A DNA stretch of 63,164 nucleotides, counting the filler, from Catajapyx aquilonaris (lineage: Eukaryota): the NCBI GenBank assembly GCA_000934665.2. It is 4 parts of 4 records of this genome, joined end to end, with 100 filler letters (N's around TTAATTAATTAA, not from the genome) between each part and the next. Parts side by side here need not be neighbours in the genome. Positions count along the whole stretch, not along the records: positions 15,815 to 31,521 come from JYFJ02007417.1; positions 31,622 to 47,332 come from JYFJ02007418.1; 2 more parts are not named here. One strand, written 5' to 3'. Below are positions 26,950-39,609 of the stretch, piece after piece. Below the pieces are notes generated by a model that had not been told where the DNA came from, searched no databases, and was given only the letters and a program-made list of their open reading frames with translations. The position numbers and the translations under genes were made by a program. How positions within the stretch are numbered: position 1 is the stretch's first letter; each line of letters begins with the position of its first letter.

Positions 26950-27249
26950 AGCTTAGTTGTTCTCCCCCACCGAGGGGGGTTCGCCACATTCTGCGCTAGA
27001 GTCAAGTGCCAGTACAGGTGGCGCCTTACCTAGCGGGGCAATTCTGAACCATGAGGGTCGACTCCGATTGACTGGAGTCTGAAAGGCCTCCTGTGGAGTG
27101 GCCCAAGGAGGCCTTTCAGATTCCAGCCAATCGGAGTTGGCCATCATGGTTCAGAATTGCCCCGTTAGGTAAGGCGCCACCTGTACTGGCACTTGACTCT
27201 AGCGCAGAACATGGCCAACGCCCCTCGGTGGGGGAGAACAGCTAAGCTC
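26950..27249. mobile_element. Near-perfect hairpin MITE
   Basis: ~105-bp arms GAGCTTAG.TGTTCTCCCCCACCGAGGGG...AATTCTGAACCATGA and its reverse complement. Confidence 0.85.
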
Positions 27250-27429
27250 ACGCGAAAAGAGGGAGAGTGACTGGGGGCTGGTTTACCATGAAGATAACTA
27301 GAGTAGCCCGGTGGGATTTTTTTTTTCACCGTGAATGTGGGGTATTCAGGGGTCCTTTTGCATCTGGCAACTTTACTCAAAAACCCCAGAAAACCCGTAC
27401 AGTCTTTTCCTGGACGGCCTTTAGCACAT

Positions 27430-27857
27430 ACGTAGGGTGTCTGAAGAATTCAGTGAATGTTACTATAAAAGCAACAAAGCAAATGGTACATAGGAATTAC
27501 CTTAATTGGCCTTCAAAGTGCTCTCCATCAGACACAACACACTTTTGAAGTCATTAATAAGCTTCTATGTGAGAACTGTTATAAAAATTTTTCTTTGGAC
27601 CCTCCTCCAGATTTGCTGTCACAGGGGCCTGAATGTCCCCAAAGTGTGAGATCCCTTCATTAAGAATATGAAACCCAAAAAAAGTGTGCATGAGAAAGGT
27701 CAGGGGAGTACAGCAGGTGGTCCAAAACAGTGATACCAAGCTGAACTTTCAAGTTCTACGAATGTTTTCAAAAGTGTTGTGTGTGATGGGGAGAACTTGG
27801 GAAGGCCAAGGTAATTGCTATGTACAGTACCTTTCATAAAGAATGGTAGGCCTACGA
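27430..27857. mobile_element. Foldback built from mariner 3' ends
   Basis: Mirrored arms encode KCVVSDGEHFEG / KCCV.DGENLG, resembling the mariner C-terminal KC...G.YFE motif. Confidence 0.6.
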
Positions 27858-28609
27858 CTCTACATGGACGAAATGTTTATTCTGTTCCCAACCCGAGTCG
27901 CCAGCATGTTTTTAGGGGTCACAAGGAAGTCCAGGAAACGGGAATCAAAATAAAATAAAAAAGAGAAGAGAAACACAAAGCTAAGTAGGAAAATTTTAGG
28001 GGGGAAATTCACATCAAATCTACGTAAGCATTGCACCGGGTTTGGTCATTAAAATTTCAATTTAAAAATCGGGATGGGTCATACGAGTCACCCGAGGTCC
28101 AGAAAAGGTTGTCCATAGGGTTTGTCGAATTAAGGTTGGGAATAATGCTCGATAATCAGGATAAACATTTCGTCCATAGAGTCGTACCATTCTTTATGAG
28201 CGGGACTGTACCTTCTGTTTTGTTGCTTTCATTGTAACATTCCTCAACCTTTTCAGACACAACACATAACTGTGACAGCTGGGGATTAAAAAATGCCAGC
28301 AAGACAGATAGAAAGTTGTAGAACTCCCTATTTTGCCCTGTTAACGAACTGTTAAGATTGTCAAGACATTTGATGAAAATGGTGGTTGACACTGCCTATT
28401 AGAAATGTGCAAGCTAGGATGGCAATTCAAAGCACAGTCAGATTTAGGAGTCTAAGGTTGTGCACTTTCCATTGTTTAAGTTTCAGAAGGTGGCACTAGG
28501 TAGCACCTCAAATAATTTTTATTTCAATTTCGGTGGAACTAGTACATTTACTTTTTGAGGCACAAATTGTCCATTAAAACTGAACTTGATGATTATACAA
28601 TGCTTTTTA

Positions 28610-28912
28610 ACCGAAGCAGTTTGGTGGAGTGGATAAGGTGTTCGACTGCTAATTGGGAGGTCCTGGGTTCGAGTCCTGGGGCCAGCAATCCTAACTGTGG
28701 TTTCCCACGGTCCCCCCAGGAGAATTCTGTGATTGCTTCCTAAATAATTAGGCCACAGCCGCTTCCTTCCGCCCCTATCCTATCCCAAAAGGCAAAGTAA
28801 AAATGAAAGCAAATCGTTCCAGTAAAAACAAAATTGCGAGGAACTCTCTCCCCCCCCNCCCCCCCCCCCCAAAGAGCCGCCGACTGATAACAGGGTATGA
28901 ATTAATTATTAT
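28610..28912 (+). mobile_element. tRNA(Ser)-derived SINE
   Basis: ACCGAAGCAGTTTGGTGGAGTGG..GACTGCTAATT..GGTTCGAGTCC head and GGCCACAGCCGCTTCCTTCC core. Confidence 0.85.
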
Positions 28913-30632
28913 CCAATGCTTTTTGCACAATGTCACATCACTCCAAATGGGGTATGGGACTAGGATGCATCATCAAGATCATGTAATTGGCGAACAATAT
29001 GAGAGTGGTACTAAAAAATACTATATCTATGAACCCACCAATGCCACCATTTGAAATAAAAATTATTGCAGATACCTAGTTCCACCTGCAACCATTGTAA
29101 ACTTGGATAAATTGCAAATCCCCACTACTCGTACTCAATTATCTCAGCTTGCCATTCTAGATGTCCCTTTTCCAGTTAAGTACTATCAAGCACCATTTGC
29201 AGCAAAAATTTTAGTGAAAGCAAAATAGGGGCCCTACAAATTCCGTATATTTACTTGCTAGCAATTTTACCACAGTGGACATACTTCTGAAGCAAAGTAA
29301 CGCAGTTCGTAGGGCTCTTTTGGTCCTCGTGACATTTTAAAACTTGTCACATTATAAGTACAAACTGTGACGAAAATAAGCTAGACATTTTGACAATAGC
29401 AGCATTTTTTTTGCCCCTTCAGAATGAAAATCCCGCAAAAAAAACAAAAAACCCCTACCAACTTCCCAATTTTGAGATGGAGGCACCACTTACCCTTGTC
29501 CACATCTCACGAAAGATGAGTTTCACTGGCCTGCGTTTAGTTTCAGATGTCATTTCACAAATGGACATTTCATGCATGCTGTACAATGAGGAAAACAACA
29601 AATGCCTCAAAATGACCCTTTTTGCTCTGCCTTTGGTTGAGCTCTTTAAATTAATGCCACACCAGAGTCAGTCTATGACAATGCACAAACTGTCATGGTC
29701 ATGCAATCTCTGAGGCCAATTTTGATCATGACACATCAATTTTAGGAAGTCAGACGCATTTCTTTTGCCCCCAAACAATCAGAAAAAACCTGGACGTCCT
29801 TTAAGTGTTCAAGTCCATTCTCATGAGTGCAACATAGCAAAATTATAAAGTATTCCAATGTTGCTTAATCCTTCTAAGCACTGTAATCTGGTGTTTATGT
29901 GCCTCAAAGGAATAATTGACCATTTCAACATCTGTGAACAAAATGAGCAAAAATGTAAATGAGTGCCAATGAAGTCCCTTTTTCAAGGAAGAAAGACAAC
30001 CCATCTGCAATAAAATGATGAAAAATACACTCATGAGAATAGATCTTTAGGCAGTATTTGGACAGGTTTGAAAGTGACCAAAATACCAAGTCAAGCTAAG
30101 TTTTCAAGACTCAGTAGGACTGGGCAAATTCAAATGGACTCCTCTGTGGAAATAAACTCAGGTTTCACAGTACGTCATCCGGCAGAATTTAGCATCATGT
30201 TTGGAAGGGAGAAGATACTTAGCTCTTGTAACAAAACTTACAATTGCATTGTAATTTGTACAAATACACATTAGGCATAAAAATTGAGGTAGGTCTCGAG
30301 TACAGCAAGAATTGAAGGGGTAGAAGCAAAAAAAAATTAAACTTCAAAAAATCTGACGTTAGGATGTCCCTCATCTTCAGAAGGAAAATAAGCTTCACTG
30401 AATGGTGTGGTTGACTGTCTATTTAAAACAATTTTACTGTGTTTTACCATTGCAAAGCTACACATTTTTCTAAATGACTTCAAGTGGAGATTCCTGCTTT
30501 TTGCATTCAACCCTTTCCATTGTAAAATGAGTTCAAATTTGAAATTGCCAATCAAGGCCAGCTCTTCCTTTCCCCCTTCCAAACCTGGTCCAATTCTAAT
30601 TGGACCAGCTATTAAAAAGAAAAGCAATAGAA

Positions 30633-31520
30633 TCACTCTCTCCCTTCACTCTCCTCTTCTTCCACCTTAGGCTTTATGCTCCCACCCACTTCACTTCCAC
30701 TCCCCCCACCATTACTGCCTGATTCTTTGGGTTGTTTAGTAGCAAGCAGCCTTTCAACCCTGTAGCGATTGTAAGCCCGGTAGGGTGGACGTGACACATC
30801 ATTCCCTCTGTCCACTCGGGTCCGGTTCGGCACCACATCTTCCCCCCTGCCCATCATCCAGTCCTCGTTCTCTGCATCTTGCTCGCCGCTTACATTGGTC
30901 TCCGCCCATGCCCGGTGCCATCCCTGAAAACGGGCATCAATCCTGCTGGTTACCCTGCGATGGCCTTCACGTCCTCTGCGGAGTGCCTGCCGCTTATACA
31001 AGTAGCTCTCGCTGTTCACTACTATCACCATCTTGTATGTGTTGGGGTGAAAGCGGCAATGGTTGTGCTCAGAGACTTCTTTCCCCTCAGCTGCATTGGC
31101 TGCATTTTCAGACTCCTCAACTTTTGTTGCAGCACGCCAAGAGCGCAGGTTGCGTGGCAAAAATACTGGCTTGCGCATCATCACTTCCTTCAAGTCTTCT
31201 GGCAAAGTGTCATTACTTGTTATGAAGCGTTCAACATATGATGACCATTTTGAAACCTCACCAACTGGTTCTGGTTCCTCAACTTCTGTGTCCAGAAGCT
31301 CCACAGTCATGCGGCAGTCACGGTTGTAAACTGCAATGCGAAAGCAATTTTCTTCAGCCAGCATCTGCTCAGCACGACGTTGGTATGCTGCCTCACTACC
31401 ACCCCGTCCTTGTAAGAATGCATTCATGCATCTCAAACACGTCTCATCAGTGACAATGTGCTGAAGTTGGCGGACAGCATTTCCAACAACTTTGTCTAAG
31501 GTGAAGGCAATGTATGCATG
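30633..31520 (-). CDS. Sin3A: Paired amphipathic helix protein Sin3A, C-terminal exon (5' truncated by the linker)
   Basis: Open 296-codon frame HAYIAFTLDKVVGNAVRQLQHIVTDE..YQRRAEQMLAEENCF..TVELLDTE..WSSYVERF..KPVFLPRNLR..YKMVIVVNSESYLY, ending at TGA 30633-30635. Confidence 0.95.
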   Translation of the reverse strand, partial: HAYIAFTLDKVVGNAVRQLQHIVTDETCLRCMNAFLQGRGGSEAAYQRRAEQMLAEENCFRIAVYNRDCRMTVELLDTEVEEPEPVGEVSKWSSYVERFITSNDTLPEDLKEVMMRKPVFLPRNLRSWRAATKVEESENAANAAEGKEVSEHNHCRFHPNTYKMVIVVNSESYLYKRQALRRGREGHRRVTSRIDARFQGWHRAWAETNVSGEQDAENEDWMMGRGEDVVPNRTRVDRGNDVSRPPYRAYNRYRVERLLATKQPKESGSNGGGSGSEVGGSIKPKVEEEESEGRE

Positions 31521-31521
31521 G

Positions 31522-31621
31522 NNNNNNNNNNNNNNNNNNNNNNNNNNNNNNNNNNNNNNNNNNNNTTAATTAATTAANNNNNNNNNNNNNNNNNNNNNNN
31601 NNNNNNNNNNNNNNNNNNNNN
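31522..31621. other. Artificial contig linker
   Basis: N44-TTAATTAATTAA-N44. Confidence 0.97.
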
Positions 31622-31857
31622 ATCGTCCGCGTGCTTGAGTAACTCCCAAACACTAAATTCACGCTAATCCAAACATAAATTATTGTTGACCATGAATTTC
31701 GCGATTTTGCCCACTGTGGGTCGGTGCAATACTGCCCTAACCCACCAAATGACACAAATTGAGTTTTGCGCACTTCCATATACTACACTCAAATTTTAAG
31801 GGCGATAGCCCTTAAGTAAGACCGTAGCATAGATTTCAACAATGAATTTCTTCAACA

Positions 31858-31915
31858 TCTTCTTCTTCTTCTTCTTCTTCTTCTTCTTCTTCTTCTTCTT
31901 CTTCTTCTTCTTCTT
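31858..31915. repeat. (CTT)n microsatellite
   Basis: Direct reading. Confidence 0.97.
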
Positions 31916-32362
31916 GTTACGCTTTTTTTATTCGCCCTAACTCAAGTTCTGCTGTAGGTAGAGCTTCCAAATTTTGAACACAGATGCCCACCGTCGTGAA
32001 GTGCATTCCTACCATTTACGGCTAAACTCATTCCTCTTCAAAACGCCGCAAAAAATTCAAACCCACCAAAAAATACGTCTATATTTTTTTGCTCAATAAC
32101 TATTCGGAATTCGGTTCCTTCATCAAAAGGTCGAAGGTGCAGTGGGATGGTGCGGATCTATGTTCAAAATCTCACAGTTCCCACTGCTACAGGATTGGAG
32201 CTGTGATTTTTTTACCTGTTATTTTTCTGTCATTAATTCATTTGTTCATAATCCCATCACCTAGAAACGACAATCTTGTTTACCCACTAGCCATATTGTT
32301 ATTAGCCAAATGTTACCCTGGCGCTGCGCTGGTGTGAACGCATTGCACTTATTACAGATTTG

Positions 32363-32797
32363 CAGTAGAATCCGGATATAACAGCCTCGGCTATAACAGA
32401 CTTGGTTATAAAGGCCGTCCCGGCATGCTTCCATTAGGCACTGTGTATTTGCACTCCTGATGTAACAGACTCATTTTCACCTCACCTCCGGTATGACTGA
32501 CCATTTCTTAAACCCTCGGTGGGAAAATACAGTATTGTTTTCCAGGTATAAAATGCAAAAAGGAGACGGCAGAAGGAAATTTCGGATAATTTGGTCCTGC
32601 ATAATTTTCGGGTGAGCCAATATTGCATTTGTGACAGATTTCATTAATCGGTATGTTGTCTAGTATAGTGCATAGTACAGCCATATGGAAATCAGAAATT
32701 TATGTTTTCGTTGCGTGACGATTCGGATATAACAGACCTCGGTTATAACATACTTTTTCGCAGTCTCTTGAAGTTTGTTTTATCCGGATTCAACTGT
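32363..32797. mobile_element. Tigger/pogo-like MITE
   Basis: CAGTAGAATCCGGATA...TATCCGGATTCAACTG|TA; same family at ~58614-58831. Confidence 0.8.
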
Positions 32798-32987
32798 ACT
32801 ATTAAGCCAGACTAATTAAATCAGACTAACCGTTGGCTGGTAGCACTCGACTTGCGTTTTTTTACGACTATCTCTGTGAAAATCATTTTAGGAACTTCTA
32901 AGCGACGAAAATCGTCTCCAATGCATTCATAGTGCAGAATGTATAGTGCAGAGCATAAGTTATGTGTACTGTCAAAAAAGAACTGAA

Positions 32988-33782
32988 ATTAGATCAAAAA
33001 CTTTCCCTTCAGTAAAAAAAAGAGAAGTAAGACCTCCGCGGCGGAATAAAAGTACTGAAACAAGGCAGGCGCACGTAAGACCTTCACCAATTGATTTAAG
33101 CTGTACCATAGGTCTTACTCAAGCAATTCTCAGGTACGGTATGGAACGTCTCGTGAAATGACTGCTGCAAACTACTCCGAGCAGTAGGTAGGATTTTATT
33201 ATGAAAGGAAAAGAAAATGGGGGGAAAACTAAACCCATTCTAACAGACTTGGTCCAATCGAAAAAGACCCTCTAAAATTCACCAATTAACGTTTATATGT
33301 GAAAAATTAAATGTTAGAGTTAAAATCAGCATCTAAAAGAGGTGACGATTCTGCATAAATGTTTCATAGCAATAATTTGCATAATCGCATACAAATTCAA
33401 TGCGCTTAATATTGAAGTTCCTGATTTCATAAAACACTAATATGGAGTGGCTCATGGAAAATTAATGGGTGGAAATTTCGTCGTACTACTATTACTATTA
33501 ACTATAGGTCTGTAGTTACTGCTAACTTAGCAGTATACCATTGCACTACACTGGTACTGCTAAGTTAGAAGTAGCTAGTAGTACGACAGAAATTCCACAA
33601 ATTTGTTTTCAGAAAAGTGATTTCATGAGTAGTAAATTGGTAATTGCTTGAGTAAGACCTATGGTACAGCTTAAATCAATTGGTGAAGGTCTTACGTGCG
33701 CCTGCCTTGTTTCAGTACTTTTATTCCGCCGCGGAGGTCTTACTTCTCTTTTTTTTACTGAAGGGAAAGTTTTTGATCTAAT
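32988..33782. repeat. 141-bp inverted repeat pair (32988-33128 / 33642-33782)
   Basis: Arms appear identical in reverse complement; the ORF track gives the same peptide on both strands. Confidence 0.92.
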
Positions 33783-34072
33783 ATCTAATAAAGTACACTG
33801 AGATTGTCCAGTTTCTGCCATTTGTCGGTGAGAAATCAAACGATGTTTTTATTGCTCCAAGGTTATGAATGCCTTTTCTGCAGCAAAACCGCCCTAACCC
33901 TCCGTCTTCAAATATTGCAGCGCGCAGGATGCAGCTGCGAGCAGCTGTGTCTCACGAGTTGGGCTTAAATAGTGAGCTTTTGCCTGATGACACCGATGTG
34001 GATGAGAGTACCTAAGATTCAGAGTTCGATCCTGATAATTATGATGTGCAAAGTAGTAGTCCATTGCAGCGA

Positions 34073-34159
<87 letters not shown>
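34073..34159. repeat. (AAT)n microsatellite
   Basis: Direct reading; source of the spurious poly-I and poly-L ORFs. Confidence 0.97.
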
Positions 34160-34164
34160 CGTAG

Positions 34165-35390
34165 TTGGGTCATTCCATGCCAAGACAGACAACTTGGTGG
34201 CTCGACCATCTCATAATTTGATGTAAAAATCATTGAAGTGTTGCCAAAAATAAAGTTAAGAGCCTCCCAGGTGAAAATCCCACGGAGATATGGCAACGTC
34301 TTTCAGCAACAATGGAGCCGGAAGGACCATTATTCAGGTGAAGTTATTGTTGTACCCTCATGTTCATATTATATCAAATGAACTGACGTAAGATGAGGAA
34401 CATTTTGGTGGCAACGGGTTAGCCTAGATTGTAAAATTAAAATGCTAAAAAAATCGCATTATTGTGCAAAACGGACGCATTTCATATGGTCGAATGTCAT
34501 TGTTAAATACATGCTAAGCGTGTGGAATTAATATGGTAGGTACATTGTCATCTGATCATCAGTAGTCATTACTACTGCAGGACAACATCAAGGTCAATCA
34601 GACTTGGAGATAATAAATCTGAAATGTCGGAAAAAGCCCTCAATAGGCTATACTCCACGTTATTTGATGTTGCGAGTGAACCATTCATGGTAAGTGAACA
34701 GTTCTTATACCGCTATGTTATGCATGAAAAGACGTTTCTGCGATAACTTAAAAATTGACCCAGCCCCACACTGAGAAAAATGACCCCAAAGATGACCAAA
34801 TTAGTGGGAAACAGACATTTCAGAAGTTTTATTTCCAAGACTGCTTGACCTGTGATGTTGTCCTTCGACAGTATAGTAATGATCAGATGACAATGTATAC
34901 CTACCATATTAATTCCACACCCTTAGCATGTGTTTAACCATGACATTGGACAATATGAAATTAATGTGTCCGTTTTGCTCAATAATGCGATTTTTTAAAA
35001 CATTTTTATTTTACAATCTAGGTTAAACCAGTTGCCACCAAAATGTTCCTCATCTCACGACAGTTCATTTGATATCATTTATATGAACATTAAACTAACT
35101 TGTGATACTTTCTTGACCAAAATTTAGTTCGCATTACATTTGGGTGCAATACTGCCCTAAGCCATTTTTTCACACGCGGCCACCTTATTTTGTTCATTCT
35201 TAGAGTGGGTGGTGCATCATCATCATCATAATAGCACGTAAATGTTCCTTATTAGTGCCTTGTATATTGGGGTAGAAATGAAAATTGTCCCATGGAAAAT
35301 GTGATTTATGGGTCATCTCAAACTTTCAAATGCGTTTTTCTCGAAATCAGGTTTTGGAGGGTTAGGGCAGTATTGCACCGACCCCTTCAA
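34165..35390. mobile_element. Composite DNA-transposon remnants (Sola-like ends) around an internal foldback at ~34360-35090
   Basis: GGGTCATTCCATG start, mirrored GATGAGGAACATTTTGGTGGCAAC arms, and a GGGTCGGTGCAATACTGCCCTAACC motif shared with ~31718. Confidence 0.5.
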
Positions 35391-36283
35391 TTATACATGC
35401 AGTAAAAACACTGAAGACCTTCATACAGGGTGACCCAAACCCACTGTCGATTTCTCTGATTTCTATTAAAACTACTTCATGATAATTAGCTGAAACAAAA
35501 GTTTGGATCAACCTGTTGCACATTGAAACATTTTCCGGGATCTGTATTCACAAAATATGTGCCTTTGTTTACTGTAACACACCCCATATCCCAACACTAT
35601 AAGGCGATATCATGATGACAGAGAGTTGTTTATGCAAAAGGTGTGATATTTTATACTGAGCGCCTTACTGACGTCATGCATGGGAAGGAATTAGAACAGA
35701 AAGGACAACATTCTCTGCCTAATCAGAAGCCGTCCCGGAATTTTAATTGTTTTAAGAATTGGCCTAAGAATTTGAAATCTATTATTGTTTCCATTATTTG
35801 ACTTGCTTTCTCCGTGCCGGTGCCGGTTACACAATGATTGTGGCAATGCCTCAGAGGTGGGGGAATCACGCTTATGTGCACACTGTAATTTTAATTATAT
35901 TATTGTCAGTAAATAATATGCGACTCAAGAATTACCCAGCATGATCAATCATTGTTATTGTAAAAGTAAGATAAAAATTCATTCGTGGTTTCATTGTATT
36001 ATGTGGCCATTTCAGATGAGATACTGCAAATTCTAACTCTTTCAAGCACATATTTTCCCTAATAGTTATTTATTAAAACTTATTTTATGTTTGGATATGG
36101 GGCGGAATTAAGATAAGAAGGTATAGGCCAGGACTGCCACAAGTTATTGGCTCGAATACAGCACCAAGCTTTCGAATGACATGTGTCTGAAATCATCGGG
36201 TCTTCGAAGGCTCTTAGCTATATAGTTGGATGTTTGATGCTGTCCTGGAACACTACTGTACATAATTATGTTTCTATAAAGCT

Positions 36284-39200
36284 TTATGTCGCGGTTGTGG
36301 CCAAGGACACATGGGTCGTCGCACTGGCTTGCGAGTTGCCTTCAGTCCCGTCAGTCATGGACAGCGCCCCAAGTATCCTCTTGTTTCGCACCAGGTCATA
36401 CTTCTTGTTGAGACTGACCAGGACATTCCTCTTGCACACGAATATGACGAAGATGAGCACTCCCTGGAGCATGTTGATGCAGTCCGTCACGTACCAAAAG
36501 TAGGTGAATCCTCCGACCAGAGCCGATAACACCTCCAGGACCCAAGTCACCCCCATCACCACCATCAGCTTCAAGTGTAAGAAAAGTCTAGAGAGACAGA
36601 GAGAGTCACATGCAGGAGAAAAGTCACCATGAGAACACAACTTGACAAAATTTCATAATAACATTGACCTGTTCCGGTTGTTTTGATTGCTTCTTCTGCT
36701 CTCTGCGTCGTGCAGGACCTTGGTCTCCTTCGTGACTTTGACCAGCTTCATTGTCGTCATGACGAACAGGACCACATTGGCCAGGAGTACCACCAGCATG
36801 GGACCGTTGAAGTAGACTAAAGCACGAAGCTTCGCTGAAGATAAAGCATTGTTCATAAGTGCTGTATGCAGTATACTGAACCGCAGGCCAGAAAAGAAGC
36901 TTCGAACTTGCATCAAAATTATGCACCGGATGAGCTACCACTTTTTAAAAATAATTTGAAATTTCATGGCCTGATAATTATGAGCATATACTTACACGCG
37001 AACCAGCATCCGTTGTGGGCGAAAATTGGTTTGATATAAAAGTGAGATATTCCAGAAGAGAACTCCATTACGATAGTGATCATTGACATAATTGCTGGTG
37101 ATCCCCAGGCGTAGAGGGAATAGAACATAAACCTCCTGACCTCCTGAGAATTCGGACCAGACTGTACTCGCATTGATCTGTAATGTTTGGGGGACAAAAT
37201 TATTGTATTTTTTAAATATTTTATGGTTATACCGCAATGCTGCATGCTGACGATATTATGAGGATTTCTCTACAAAAATGAGCGGTGTACCAGGATTGAT
37301 TTCGTCAAAAATTGGCAGCAACTCACCTAAAGGTCCTCCACAAATCCCAGCTCATGACACTTAGCCAAAACATGGCTGCCATGAAGAAGTAGTGCACCAA
37401 AATAGCTGTAACAATACGGATGATGAGCACTTGTAATTTATACGAAATATTTTATTGGAATAGGTACCAATGGTTTTGCAGAGTCCCGGAGAGCTCTCTA
37501 TTATGGTTTTGGCCCCCAGATAGTTGACGGAGAGGAAGAAGAAGGTCCAGAAGAGAGCTGCGACGCAACTCATGATGTTCCATCCGTGGAGGTTCCTGAG
37601 CTCCTTCAGCACCCAGTAGACGGCGAAGGTGGCCACTAGTCCGATCATGGACAGGATGGCCAACGCAGCATACACCGCGTTCTCTCCCTCTCCCTTCACG
37701 TCGTCTCCGATGACCTCTTGCTGACCAGAGGAGCACATGACCGCCATCGGGCTAGACCCGACCATCTCCACGCAGTACTGGTCAGTCGAGTACCCTTCTC
37801 TGGCTGAGGGAATGTACAGCTGGCCCTGTTCGTCCAGATAGAACTGGTGCATGGTGTCCATCGTAGGGTCCAGCACGTAGGTCTGCTGGCATCCAGGCGG
37901 AGGACCCCACAGCAAGTGAGTCTTCTCCTGCTCGGATTGCTCCAGAGGCTCGGCGCTGAACGCGTGGATCCTGTGACGTTCAGGGACCCAAGGAGTCGTC
38001 GCATTTCGCTGGCAGGACAGACTAGGTCCGCTTCAATTAGAATTACGTAGGTTGGTTAATAATTGTTTTTAGGTTGGCACAATGAGCCAACTGTACCTGC
38101 TGGTGTTTTGCATGACTCCAGGCCCCACCTTGCAGCACTTCCTGACGCACACATGTTCTGCGCACGGGTTGCGCACGCACATCCTGGAAATGAACATCTC
38201 CTGTCCATCTTCTGATTGGACCCTGTCCAGGCAGAAGTGTTGCCATGGGAGCAGTGGCTTTTCCGGATGACCTTTGAACTTTCCGACCACCAGGTGAGGA
38301 GAGGTCATGTTCAGCGAGAACACGAACGACCAGATGTCCTTTGGCGGGAAAGTCACCTGGTAGAAGTCGTGACCTGACTCACAGTTTCCGGGCCTGAACT
38401 TCTGACCTGACCTGGTCAGATAGGTGCTCATATTCACCCACTTTCCGGACATGTTGACCACGGGAGGAACCCATGATGACATGCCATTACTACTGTGAAG
38501 TAAAAGCCATCAGCACTGAAGGTTAGAAAATAAACGACGATTATAGATTCGGTACACCATTTTTTTCTCAAAACTTATTTTGACATATTGGATACGCGTT
38601 TACACTATACACAAGGTCTCTCAACATAGATTGGCCTAATAGGAAGTGCCAAAACGTGTGGCGTTACATTAGTGTATCGACTATCAGGTGCCCGGTCCAC
38701 CTTATTAGTCTGGATGCATATAGAGCACAGGAGATAAACAGGATGAGACTATATAGTGTACCGGTCGTTGGAAAACAGGACGCCAGATATCGCAACCGGA
38801 TTGCAACAATCGCAACTGCACTAACGAGCTGCTCTCCAACATAGCCTATTAATAATAGTACCTGGAATTAACATGGATGCACGAATTGGTAGCAAGAAGA
38901 AAGGCTTCTTCTTCAGGGCAGCACTTTTGTATTGTTGTTGTCAACACATCGTTAAAGCTGTCAGAATAAGCAGCAGGGTCTGAAAATAAAATTTATTTAT
39001 GAGTCTAGAGCCGTTTGAGTTATTTACGACGTGTCTGCTGCTCACCACATGGCTCTTAACTAACTTTACGATCACACAGTTATTTTCAAATTCCACAGTT
39101 TTCTAGTCATAACCACTGTTTACCCTTTTCTGCCCCCAGCAACCCACCCTATAGCAACATGTCATTGAAACCAAAGGCTATTATGGGACAATCAGCTATC

Positions 39201-39609
39201 CTTTTCAACAATGGTGAAAGGGTAAATCCGAAAACTTATCTTCTGGAGAAATAGCAATTATTAGGCCCGAAGGATATGGAGAGAGTTTTCTTTAACTTTC
39301 AGTAGCTAGCTTTTTAAAGAAAATAATGAATATGTTGGTGAAAGAAATGGTCGAGAACTCTATTCGAAAGGTGACAAAACTATAAATCACGCCCATCAGT
39401 GGAATGACAGACAAAAGTAGCGCAAAATCTGCATCGTGTGAACTTTCACTGACTATCCGTTTTTCCCAAATAAGATCGAATCCGACATCCGACCTGAATC
39501 AAGTGCACTTACCTGCAACTTCGGTGACACCCTGTGCACCAACACCTGGCGAAGTAATAACCAACCAGAGCGCAATGAGTGTTGGTACAGCACAAAAAAG
39601 GACGTGCAT
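36284..39609 (-). CDS. Methuselah-like (Mth/Mthl) family-B GPCR, 8 exons, ~634 aa
   Basis: Exons 39513-39609, 38862-38979, 38097-38492, 37468-38030, 37327-37405, 36996-37177, 36669-36834, 36284-36587. All GT-AG and phase-compatible. Signal peptide, IQKCCP and VRKCC, YCVE, LRNLHG, HYFFMAAMFWLSVMSWDLWRTF, YSLYAWGSP, CWF, LKL.VVMGVTW, NMLQGVLIF. AATAAA at ~36069. Confidence 0.93.

Noticed and set aside
28610..28685. tRNA-Ser gene, and the other tRNA-like heads
   Set aside because: Acceptor stems are degenerate and each continues into a SINE body; one copy has a target site duplication.
33972..34296. Poly-Ile and poly-Leu ORFs (also 61741-61968)
   Set aside because: Translations of trinucleotide microsatellites.
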